The notes under the pieces: model-generated
What the model was told of the DNA's origin: nothing
The model's database searches: none
The model's input: only the letters and a program-made list of their open reading frames with translations
Assembly (NCBI GenBank): GCA_049288015.1
Contig: JBAQGX010000001.1
Location: 18,717-82,716 of the forward strand
DNA: 64,000 bases
Direction of reading: 5' to 3'
From: Candidatus Nanoarchaeia archaeon
GTDB lineage: Archaea > Nanobdellota > Nanobdellia > Pacearchaeales > GW2011-AR1
In this document: positions 35,277-43,541 of the stretch, piece by piece
Layout: each line of letters begins with the position of its first letter
How positions within the stretch are numbered: the first letter of the stretch is position 1
Position numbers and translations under genes: made by a program

Positions 35277-36595
35277 CTACTGTTGAAAAACTTAAGACAT
35301 ATCTTGAAGAGATAAATAAGAATGATAAGCAAGGAAAGAAGATAAATGCATTTTTGCACTTGCAAGATGAGAAAGAACTTTTAAGAGAAGCTGGAGAAAT
35401 TGATAAAAAGATAAAATCTGGAAGAGCAGGAAAACTTGCTGGAAAAATTATTGCCGTAAAATCTAATATAAATGTTAAAGGATTGATTGCTTCATGTGCT
35501 TCTCATGTCCTTGAGGATTACAAGGCTTCCTATGACGCAACAGCCATAGGGAAAATCAAGAAAGAAGATGGATTAATAATTGGTATGACTAATATGGATG
35601 AATTTGCTTCTGGAAGCAGTGGAGAAACTTCTGCATTTGGTCCAATAAAAAATCCCGTAAATTTAGATTTAATCCCCGGAGGATCTTCTAGTGGTAGTGC
35701 TGCTTCTGTTGCAGCTGGTTTTTGTGATTTGGCTCTTGGAAGTGATACTGGAGGAAGCATAAGAAATCCTGCATCTCATTGTGGAGTTGTGGGAATAAAG
35801 CCAACTTATTCTTCTGTTTCAAGGTACGGACTTATTGATTTATCTATGAGTCTTGATCAGATTGGTACTTTTGCAAAGAATGTTTCAGATGCAGGTCTAT
35901 TGTTAAGTGTTATAAAAGGAAAAGATAATAGAGATTCAATTTCACAAGAGTCTAAGGAAATTGATTTAAATGAGATTGAAAAAACCAGTAATTTTACTAT
36001 TGGAATATTAAATTTTGAATTGAAAGATAAGAAAATACAAAATCTGATTTTAAGTAGAATAAAGGAAGCAGCAAAGAGATATAATTGGAAAACTGAAAAT
36101 ATAACAATAAAAGGCATTGATTTGGCTATTGAAACTTATTATCCTTTAGTTTATGTGGAATTTTTTTCAGGAACTAGAAAATTTGATGGAAGAAGATATG
36201 GAAGAAAAATTGAAGATGCTGCAGGAGAAGAAGTTTTAAGAAGGATTTTAGGAGGTAGTGAAATTTCAAGAGAAGAATATGGCGGGAGATATTATCATAG
36301 AGCTTTGAAAATAAAAAAGTTGATTGAGAAAGAATTTTCTGATGTTTTTAAAAAAGTGGACTGTATTATTTCTGCAACTGTTCCAAAGCTTCCTCACAAA
36401 ATCGGGACAAAAATCTCTGTTAGAGAAATGTATGAATATGATGCTTTAACTGCTCCTTCAAATTTAGCCGGAAACTGTGCTATTAGTCTTCCTGCAGGAA
36501 AAATTGACGGAGTTCCAGTAGGAATGCAAATAATGTGCGATAAATTTCAAGAACAAAAAATGCTTCAGATTGCAAGATTGTTTGAGAAGTTCTAA
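35267..36595 (+). CDS. gatA: Asp/Glu-tRNA amidotransferase subunit A (GatA, amidase family)
   Basis: 442 aa; amidase signature GGSSGGSAASVAAG, catalytic Ser-cisSer-Lys context. Confidence 0.9.
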   Translation: MGMTTVEKLKTYLEEINKNDKQGKKINAFLHLQDEKELLREAGEIDKKIKSGRAGKLAGKIIAVKSNINVKGLIASCASHVLEDYKASYDATAIGKIKKEDGLIIGMTNMDEFASGSSGETSAFGPIKNPVNLDLIPGGSSSGSAASVAAGFCDLALGSDTGGSIRNPASHCGVVGIKPTYSSVSRYGLIDLSMSLDQIGTFAKNVSDAGLLLSVIKGKDNRDSISQESKEIDLNEIEKTSNFTIGILNFELKDKKIQNLILSRIKEAAKRYNWKTENITIKGIDLAIETYYPLVYVEFFSGTRKFDGRRYGRKIEDAAGEEVLRRILGGSEISREEYGGRYYHRALKIKKLIEKEFSDVFKKVDCIISATVPKLPHKIGTKISVREMYEYDALTAPSNLAGNCAISLPAGKIDGVPVGMQIMCDKFQEQKMLQIARLFEKF

Positions 36596-36643
36596 TTTTG
36601 AAAATATAATAATCTTTAAAAATCAACTCCTGTTTTTCAGATT

Positions 36644-37324
36644 ATGAAAGTTGGCAAGGTTAAACTTGAGTGGTTAGGACATGCAAGTTTTATGATAAAG
36701 AGTTCCGATGATAAGGTGATTTACATTGATCCTTATTCAATAAGTGGTAATTTGGAAAAAGCAGATTTGATATTAATAACACATAGTCACCCAGACCATT
36801 GTAGTGTTGCTGATATAAATAAGATAATAAAACCAAATTCAAGAATTGTTGTTACTGCAGATTGTCAAAGCAAAATTGTGAGAGCAGATGCTCCCATAAA
36901 AATAGAAATTACCGAACCAGGGAAAGAATTTGACTTTGGGAAAATAAGAATTTCTTCAATTCCCGCATATAACATTGACAAGACTTTTCATCCTAAAAGT
37001 GAAGAGTGGGTTGGCTATATAATCAAAGTTGATGATGTTACGATTTACCATGCAGGGGATACAGATTTTATTCCAGAGATGCAAAAACTTACAGGGTATA
37101 AGAAACAAGGAACAGAATTTGTGGCTCTTCTTCCTATCGGCGGAAGATATACTATGAATGTGGATGAAGCATTAGAAGCAGCTAGAACTATAAAACCTAA
37201 TCTGGTGATTCCCATGCATTATGGAAGTGCAGCAGGTTTGCAAGATGATGCAAAAGAATTTGTTGAAGCTTGTGAGGAAGAGGGAATTAACGCAAAGATA
37301 CTTGAAATCTTTAACCAAAAATAA
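36644..37324 (+). CDS. MBL-fold metal-dependent hydrolase
   Basis: 226 aa; ILITHSHPDHCS (HxHxDH), later H and D ligands; resembles UPF0173-type archaeal hydrolases. Confidence 0.75.
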   Translation: MKVGKVKLEWLGHASFMIKSSDDKVIYIDPYSISGNLEKADLILITHSHPDHCSVADINKIIKPNSRIVVTADCQSKIVRADAPIKIEITEPGKEFDFGKIRISSIPAYNIDKTFHPKSEEWVGYIIKVDDVTIYHAGDTDFIPEMQKLTGYKKQGTEFVALLPIGGRYTMNVDEALEAARTIKPNLVIPMHYGSAAGLQDDAKEFVEACEEEGINAKILEIFNQK

Positions 37325-37451
37325 TTTTTAGTTACTGAATAATTAAGAATTTATCACAGAAGAATTTTTAAATAAGAAGCGTCTCATTTCTTTAATATTA
37401 ATTCAAACATCAAATAGATTGAATTAACTTTAATTGATGAGGCGCTCTTTC

Positions 37452-37475
37452 TTTATAATAGTTGCAAATTTGCAA
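37452..37475 (+). promoter_or_regulatory. ftsZ promoter: TATA box TTTATAAT followed immediately by perfect palindrome TTGCAAATTTGCAA
   Basis: TATA at 37452-37459; 14-bp perfect palindrome 37462-37475 overlapping the expected initiation region; GGAGG SD at about 37519 before ATG 37537. Confidence 0.35.
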
Positions 37476-37536
37476 ACTATTTAAACCTTTCTTGGAAAGG
37501 TTACAAAAAACTTGAAAGGAGGAAAAAAAACAAAAG

Positions 37537-38622
37537 ATGGTATTAGATTTTGCAAAAGAAGCAATAGAGAATGCTGCTACTCACTCAATTAATTTTGATG
37601 AGTTAAAGGCTGGAAAAGCAAATATCAAAGTTATTGGTGTTGGTGGATGTGGATGTAATACAATAACATGGCTTTTTAACAAAGGAATTAACGGGGCAAC
37701 AGTTTACGGGGTTAATACTGATGCTTTACATTTAAGTGTTACAAAGGCTGATGAAAAAGTTCTTATTGGAAAAGAATTGACCAGAGGACTTGGTGCTGGA
37801 GGTATGCCTCAAAGAGCTCGTGAAGCTGCAAAAGAAGCTATTGTTGAATTGAAGAAAGCTGTTGCAGGAGCGGACATGGTGTTCATCCTTGGTGGAATGG
37901 GTGGAGGTACTGGAACAGGTGCTGCACCTGTTGTTGCACAACTTGCAAAGGAATCAGGGGCGGTTGTTATCGGGGTTGTTACAATGCCTTTTGAGTCTGA
38001 AAAAGCAAGAATCGACAAGGCTGAATTTGGTTTGCAGGAACTTAGGGAATGCACTGATACAACAATTGTTCTTGATAACAATAGACTTGTAGATATTGCA
38101 GGACAACTTCCAATTGAAGCAGCTTTTGCTGTTGCTAATGAACTAGTCAGTACAATGGTAAAGGGAATTGTTGAGACAATTACTCTTCCAAGTTTAATCA
38201 ATTTGGATTATGCAGATGTCTCTGCTATTATGAAAAATGGTGGAGTAGCTGTTATAGGAATTGGTGAGAGTGACTCTTCATCTCACAGAGTAACTGAAGC
38301 TGTCCAACAAGCACTTACGAATCCTCTACTTGATGTGGATTACAAAGGTGCTACTGGAGCATTGATTCACGTTACATGTGGACCTGATTTGAAACTTGAA
38401 GAATTTGATCAAATTGGAAGAACTGTTTCAGAAAACTTGAACAATGAAGCAAATGTTATCATTGGAGCAAGAATCAACAAAGAGTTCCAAGGAAAAGTTA
38501 GAGTCATTACAATTATGACTGGTGTTAAATCTCCTTATGTACTCGGAAGAGATGCAGAAGAAGAAAGAACGGCTCCAGCTTCAAGAGAAATGTCTGACTT
38601 AGGAATAGAAGTTTGGAGATAA
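37537..38622 (+). CDS. ftsZ: Cell division GTPase FtsZ
   Basis: 361 aa; tubulin signature GGGTGTG (GGMGGGTGTGAAP), T7 loop NLDYADV region. Confidence 0.9.
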   Translation: MVLDFAKEAIENAATHSINFDELKAGKANIKVIGVGGCGCNTITWLFNKGINGATVYGVNTDALHLSVTKADEKVLIGKELTRGLGAGGMPQRAREAAKEAIVELKKAVAGADMVFILGGMGGGTGTGAAPVVAQLAKESGAVVIGVVTMPFESEKARIDKAEFGLQELRECTDTTIVLDNNRLVDIAGQLPIEAAFAVANELVSTMVKGIVETITLPSLINLDYADVSAIMKNGGVAVIGIGESDSSSHRVTEAVQQALTNPLLDVDYKGATGALIHVTCGPDLKLEEFDQIGRTVSENLNNEANVIIGARINKEFQGKVRVITIMTGVKSPYVLGRDAEEERTAPASREMSDLGIEVWR

Positions 38623-38698
38623 AAACCAAACAAAAATAAATTTATTTCTTTTATTCAAACTCCGGAGAAATCCGGGGTTTTCTTATTCTTTTGAGATT

Positions 38699-39253
38699 TT
38701 ATGCTTCAGGATTATAAGGAGTTTTCATCTTCTTATTTCCATGAGAATCGAAATATAAAATTCTATCAAGGTCTAGCCTTTTTCTTCTTTTGGTTTTTCC
38801 AGAATCATATCCTATAGGGAAAACTGCTTCTAACTCCATTTTGTTTGGGATCTTTAAAAGTTTCTTTATCATATCGTCATCGAAATGACCTACCCAGCAT
38901 GTAGATAGTCCTTTGTCAATTAGGGACAACCAAAAGTTTTCTATTGCAGCACCAGCTTGTTGTCTAGAATATCTCTTGCCTCTTTCGCTAAAGAGATTTA
39001 TTAATCTAGATGGATCAGAATAGATTACAACAACATAATCTGTGGTAGCAATGAATGATTGTTCTGATGCGTTTGCGATTCCCTGTATTTTTTCTTTATT
39101 TTTTACAATTAGAAATTTTAGTGTAAAATTGTTCCCAGCACAAGGAGCAAATCTTGCTGAATCAATAGCTTCTATAATATCTCTCCAATCTGGTTTCTTC
39201 TTTTTAAAATCACGCACACTTTTTCTTGATTCTATTATGCTATTGATACTCAT
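38699..39253 (-). CDS. Nitroreductase-family flavoprotein
   Basis: 184 aa; RKSVRDF, APCAGNNF motifs typical of the nitroreductase/NADH oxidase family. Confidence 0.75.
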   Translation of the reverse strand: MSINSIIESRKSVRDFKKKKPDWRDIIEAIDSARFAPCAGNNFTLKFLIVKNKEKIQGIANASEQSFIATTDYVVVIYSDPSRLINLFSERGKRYSRQQAGAAIENFWLSLIDKGLSTCWVGHFDDDMIKKLLKIPNKMELEAVFPIGYDSGKTKRRKRLDLDRILYFDSHGNKKMKTPYNPEA

Positions 39254-39275
39254 AATTTATGAAAGACTTTTCTAT

Positions 39276-40376
39276 TTAAAAATTTATAACTCCTCCGCCA
39301 AGAACTTCTTTTCCTTTGTAAAGAACAATTGCCTGACCTTCAGAAATTCCAGTTATCTCTTTTTTTAAGTTAACTTCAAATCTTTTTTTACTTTTATTAT
39401 AAGACAGTCTTGAAGGTATTAGTTCTCCTACTTGCCTAATTCTTGAATAAACTTGGTATTTTCTATCTTCTTTAATTGGATTTATCCAATGAGGTTCAGT
39501 TAGAATTATTTCTTTTCTATATAGCAAAGGGTGACCTTCAGGAGCAGCTATTATTGTATTATTTTTTACATTTTTTCTTGCAACATACCATCTCTTTAGA
39601 TTTTTATTATCCAAATTCTTTCTGTTGATTTCAAATCCATATCTGGGACCAAGACGTTGTCCTATTGTGTAATAATAAATTCCGTCATGTTCTCCAATTA
39701 CGTTTCCTTCAGGATCAAGAATTTTGCCTTTTTTTGGTTTTATCTTCTTTTTTAAAAAATCTTTAAGATTTATTTTTCCTATGAAGCAAATACCTACTGT
39801 TGATTTTTTGTTGAAATTTGGGAACTCTGCTTTTTCTGCAATTTTTCTTATTTTTCTCTTTGTGTAATTTCCTATCGGGAACAAAGAATGTTTTAATTCT
39901 TCTTGAGTCAAAGTATAAAGAAAATAAGACTGATCTTTAGACTCATCTTTTGCCCTTAAAAGTTTGAACTTATTTCCGAACTTCTTGATCCTTCCATAAT
40001 GTCCAGTTACAATGAAGTCTGCACCTATTTTTTCTGCTTCTTTTATTAATTTTGGGAATTTTATCTTTTTGTTACAATCAATATCTGGGTTTGGAGTTAT
40101 TCCTTGTTTGTATTTATTGAACATTTCTTCTATAACTTGTTTTTTGTATTCTTTTTCGTAATCAACAGTCATGAGTGGAATATCTAGCATTGAAGCAATT
40201 TTTACGGCCATTCTTCTTTCATCTTTCCAACTACATTCTCCAAATTCATTTTTGGTATCAGACCAGTTTTTCATGAAGACACCTATAACCTCATATCCTT
40301 TCTTCTTCATCATAAGCGCAGCTACACTAGAATCAACCCCTCCGGACATAGCCACAAGAACCTTTAGTTTCTTCAT
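39276..40376 (-). CDS. mnmA: tRNA-specific 2-thiouridylase MnmA (bacterial type)
   Basis: Start moved to MKKLKVLVAMSGGVDSSV (PP-loop SGGxDS) because the tRNA-Asn gene abuts the longer ORF; TPNPDIDCN and TGHY motifs. Confidence 0.85.
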   Translation of the reverse strand: MKKLKVLVAMSGGVDSSVAALMMKKKGYEVIGVFMKNWSDTKNEFGECSWKDERRMAVKIASMLDIPLMTVDYEKEYKKQVIEEMFNKYKQGITPNPDIDCNKKIKFPKLIKEAEKIGADFIVTGHYGRIKKFGNKFKLLRAKDESKDQSYFLYTLTQEELKHSLFPIGNYTKRKIRKIAEKAEFPNFNKKSTVGICFIGKINLKDFLKKKIKPKKGKILDPEGNVIGEHDGIYYYTIGQRLGPRYGFEINRKNLDNKNLKRWYVARKNVKNNTIIAAPEGHPLLYRKEIILTEPHWINPIKEDRKYQVYSRIRQVGELIPSRLSYNKSKKRFEVNLKKEITGISEGQAIVLYKGKEVLGGGVINF

Positions 40377-40410
40377 AATTATACTTCGAAAAATTAGTTT
40401 AAAAAACAAG

Positions 40411-40483
40411 CGTCCCGGAGAGGACTCGAACCTCTGGCATCATGATTAACAGTCATGCGCTCTACCAACTGAGCTACCGGGAC
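40411..40483 (-). tRNA. tRNA-Asn (anticodon GUU)
   Basis: Reverse complement: acceptor GTCCCGG/CCGGGAC, D-arm GCTCAGTTGGTAGAGC, anticodon stem CATGA/TCATG, loop CTGTTAA, T-loop TTCGAGT. Confidence 0.85.
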
Positions 40484-40530
40484 TTATTTTTAGGAGAAGA
40501 TATTATATATTTAAAAGTTTGTTTATTTTG

Positions 40531-41028
40531 TTATTTTAAGCCTAAATCTAGGACTGGCTTAGGGTGGCGTTTTTCCAAATATTTGTAAACACTAGACTGT
40601 TTTGAACCTCTTATAAGGCTAGTTAATGCCTCTTGTGCAGTTTTCATTTTTTCTGGGCTTCCAATTATCCCAACATCATTGTTTCTGACTTCAAAGAAAC
40701 AGTCTGTCAGCTCTGAAAGAGTTCTTAATGTCTTACCTTTTGTACCTATAACTCTCCCTCTTACTTCCTTCATATCTTTTCTCTTTGTAAAATCTTTTAT
40801 ACTTAAAATTTCAAGGGTAAGTTCTTTTTCTTTTATCATGAGTGCAATTTCGGTTTTGAACCCGAAGTTTATAGCTTCTATTACTTTTTCTGCTTCATAT
40901 TCCTCCAAAGGGAGACCATCAATGAAAAGTTCTCTTCCTCTATTTGATAATTTTATATTCAAGGCTTCTTCCAATTTTTCCTTTTCTTTTATTATGCTTC
41001 CAACTTTGTTAGATATTATTCTTTTCAT
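40531..41028 (-). CDS. KH-domain RNA-binding protein
   Basis: 165 aa; VIGTKGKTLRTL (KH GxxG loop) and a second KH-like repeat; overlaps upstream Nudix gene by 4 nt. Confidence 0.6.
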   Translation of the reverse strand: MKRIISNKVGSIIKEKEKLEEALNIKLSNRGRELFIDGLPLEEYEAEKVIEAINFGFKTEIALMIKEKELTLEILSIKDFTKRKDMKEVRGRVIGTKGKTLRTLSELTDCFFEVRNNDVGIIGSPEKMKTAQEALTSLIRGSKQSSVYKYLEKRHPKPVLDLGLK

Positions 41029-41477
41029 ATTAATTTTTCCTGTTTTAAGATCTTTTTATGATCATATGCCAAACTCATATTTCTTATTTCTTTTGGTTTA
41101 AACCATTTGACTTCTGAAGTTTCATCTTTTGGCTCAGGAATCCCTTTTATTTTGCAGTAAATAGGTATACTTATGCTCTGTAAAGGACATTCTTTCATAG
41201 GCATGTGCATACTTGCTTTTCCATACTTAATTGGTTCAGATTCAACTCCCAACTCTTCTTTTAATTCTCTTTTTATTGTTTGTTCAAATGTTTCTCCGGT
41301 TTCTATAATTCCTCCAGGCAATCCCCAGTAATCAGGATAACATATCATATTCTTGTCTCTTTTTCCAAGAAGTATTTCTCCATTTGAGTTTCTTATAATA
41401 GCTGGGACTCCTGCAATTACTTTTTTATTAAATAGAAGTTTTATTCCAAATAGTAGGATATGTTTTTGAAGTCCCAT
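41025..41477 (-). CDS. NUDIX hydrolase
   Basis: 150 aa; Nudix box GLPGGIIETGETFEQTIKRELKEELG. Confidence 0.8.
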   Translation of the reverse strand: MGLQKHILLFGIKLLFNKKVIAGVPAIIRNSNGEILLGKRDKNMICYPDYWGLPGGIIETGETFEQTIKRELKEELGVESEPIKYGKASMHMPMKECPLQSISIPIYCKIKGIPEPKDETSEVKWFKPKEIRNMSLAYDHKKILKQEKLI

Positions 41478-41478
41478 T

Positions 41479-41814
41479 TCAGAATTCAGATGTTTCGTCT
41501 TTTAGATAGCCTTCTTTTTTTAACCAAGCAATTTGGTTTAACCTATATTTTAAGATTATGTCTGCTTTATCCTTGTCAAACTCCCAAGGCTTTACTATAA
41601 CAACATCTCCAGGACGCAGCCATAATTCTCTTTTTAGCCTTCCCGGAACTCTGCAATTTCTTGTCTTTCCATCAAGACAATTAACCATCATCTTGTTTCC
41701 TCCTAATCTTTGTTCAACAATTCCTAGAATCTCATCGCCTTTTGGGAGCGGAGCTCGCGAAATGCTTTCTTCAACTTCGCCATTTCGTCCGTTATTAAAT
41801 TTCTTTCTTTCCAT
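41479..41814 (-). CDS. eif1a: Translation initiation factor 1A (aIF1A)
   Basis: 111 aa; OB-fold S1-like core (ILGIVEQRLGGNKMMVNCLDGKTRNCRVPGRLK...PGDVVIVKPWEF). Confidence 0.85.
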   Translation of the reverse strand: MERKKFNNGRNGEVEESISRAPLPKGDEILGIVEQRLGGNKMMVNCLDGKTRNCRVPGRLKRELWLRPGDVVIVKPWEFDKDKADIILKYRLNQIAWLKKEGYLKDETSEF

Positions 41815-41868
41815 GTTCTTAATAAATCAGGGAGAGAGGCATTTATAAAATTAAGTAGTCCACTGCTT

Positions 41869-42165
41869 TTATAGTAATACCATAGCAAAAGGAACTCCTT
41901 GAATTTCCTTTATACCCTCTTCTAAAATTATTCCATGTCTTAGTGCAAGTGCAACGGCTTTTCTTCCAACAATATTAAATGTTGCATCTTCACGCATCAT
42001 TCTGGTTAGTATTATAGAAACCTGTTCTTCAGATAGTTCCTCACCTTTGTAAAAACTTTCTTTAACATCTAGCTGAAATTTTCCTTCCTCAAATTTCTTC
42101 CCAACTAGTTCAGAATCACATATTGCGACAGTATCACGATATGATTTTATAACTTTAACGAGCAT
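41869..42165 (-). CDS. Conserved archaeal small protein (DUF424-like)
   Basis: 98 aa; VAICDSELVGKKF...FYKGE pattern recalls DUF424; immediately downstream of the Zn-ribbon microprotein. Confidence 0.4.
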   Translation of the reverse strand: MLVKVIKSYRDTVAICDSELVGKKFEEGKFQLDVKESFYKGEELSEEQVSIILTRMMREDATFNIVGRKAVALALRHGIILEEGIKEIQGVPFAMVLL

Positions 42166-42167
42166 TC

Positions 42168-42335
42168 TTATTTGATGTTTTTAGCTTGTTCTGCAGATAG
42201 AATCTTTGCCATATTTGTTCCACACACAGCGCAAGTTCCCCTTGCCATGAAAGTTCCCCTACTTGTCTTTTCTAACTTAACATTTTTCATTTCTCTTGAT
42301 TCTTTACATTTCATACATCTTCCTTCTAAGGCCAT
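42168..42335 (-). CDS. 55-aa zinc-ribbon microprotein (MALEGRCMKCKESREMKNVKLEKTSRGTFMARGTCAVCGTNMAKILSAEQAKNIK)
   Basis: Not in ORF track; CxxC-x24-CxxC; preceded by AGGAGGTTAAAAAAA-ATG strong SD (rc of 42339-42353); 3-nt gap to downstream gene. Confidence 0.5.
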   Translation of the reverse strand: MALEGRCMKCKESREMKNVKLEKTSRGTFMARGTCAVCGTNMAKILSAEQAKNIK

Positions 42336-42404
42336 TTTTTTTAACCTCCTTTAGTTTTATTATATTTTACTAGAAATTTTCTAGTTTTTTAAAGATTCTT
42401 GTTT

Positions 42405-42812
42405 CTATATTTTATTAACTGGACGTTTTGCTCCACATGCAAGGCAGTGGATAAATGTCATTCTGTCATCTTTTACTAATTCTGTATCTGGTTTTCCGCA
42501 CTCTTTGCAGAGAACAAATTCTTTTACATAAGATTCAATTTTCTGATTAATTTTGGCACTTGGAACTTTTTGATTTAAGACTAATCTATCTCCTTCAATC
42601 TGTCCTGATGATGCAAGTTCTTTAAGCAAAAATTTTTGAAAATGCTCTGGGTTTCTTCTTATGTAAGATGCTATCTGAAAAAAATTTGTTAATATTGTTT
42701 TCTTACCTTCAAAATGCCCCTCTATTTTTGGAATTTCAAATCTTTCTCCATTTCCTTCAGGCTTCTTTATCTTTTTGAATGCCTCATCTAACAGTTTTTC
42801 ATATGATTCCAT
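42405..42812 (-). CDS. eif2b: Translation initiation factor 2 beta subunit (aIF2-beta)
   Basis: 135 aa; helical N-domain plus C-terminal Zn ribbon CKEC...CLAC typical of aIF2-beta. Confidence 0.85.
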   Translation of the reverse strand: MESYEKLLDEAFKKIKKPEGNGERFEIPKIEGHFEGKKTILTNFFQIASYIRRNPEHFQKFLLKELASSGQIEGDRLVLNQKVPSAKINQKIESYVKEFVLCKECGKPDTELVKDDRMTFIHCLACGAKRPVNKI

Positions 42813-42887
42813 GACTTAATTCTGAACTTTGAATATATAAATGTTTTATAGTTCAACAATTCTTATAAACTAATTTCTTTATGGTTT

Positions 42888-43541
42888 TTGATGAGTGCTG
42901 TAGAACATTTGGTATTTGATTTATCCGAAGTTTTAATGAATGGGATTATGGATTTGCCAAAAGCCATTGAAGGAGCAATTTATGATAAGGTTCCATCTTT
43001 TCGACAATCTTCCTTTCCTTTTGATGTGCATTCAGACTTCTTTACATTAAAGGAAAATTTCTTGAGGCAATTGTTTATAAGTCAACTTTCTGAAACAGAA
43101 TTTTTTGGCAATCTCCTAGAATTAAGAAGTTATCCTCTTTCAGTTGATGAACTAAAAGTTGTAACTAGACAAAATTTTTGGCAATTTGATTATAGTAAAT
43201 GTACTCTTGAAAAATTAAGATCAAAAGGTTATGATCTTACTTTATTTTCAGATCATGCCCGAGAGTGGGTTGAATATATTGAATCTGATTTTCCCATTTT
43301 GAATATTTTCGATAGAAGAATCTATTCTTTTAATTCTTTTTATACTAAGAAAGAACCTGAATCATTTGAATATCTTCTAGAGACGACTTCAATTAATCCT
43401 GATAAGACTTTATTTATAGATGATTTCCCTGAAAATATAGATAATGCAAAGAAATCTGGGATAAAGCACACTCATTGTTTTAGGGGATATGAACGACTGG
43501 TAAGACACTTTAGGGAATTAGAAATAAAAGGGTATTTTTAA
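42888..43541 (+). CDS. HAD-superfamily hydrolase-like protein (motif I variant D-x-S)
   Basis: 217 aa; LVFDLSEVL (motif I with Ser at second Asp position), LTLFSD (motif II), LFIDDF (motif IV). Confidence 0.45.
   Translation: MMSAVEHLVFDLSEVLMNGIMDLPKAIEGAIYDKVPSFRQSSFPFDVHSDFFTLKENFLRQLFISQLSETEFFGNLLELRSYPLSVDELKVVTRQNFWQFDYSKCTLEKLRSKGYDLTLFSDHAREWVEYIESDFPILNIFDRRIYSFNSFYTKKEPESFEYLLETTSINPDKTLFIDDFPENIDNAKKSGIKHTHCFRGYERLVRHFRELEIKGYF

Noticed and set aside
42172-42354. 60-aa plus-strand ORF from the track
   Set aside because: Antisense shadow of the minus-strand Zn-ribbon microprotein, which has a strong SD and a Cys4 pattern; the plus-strand product is hydrophobic low-complexity.
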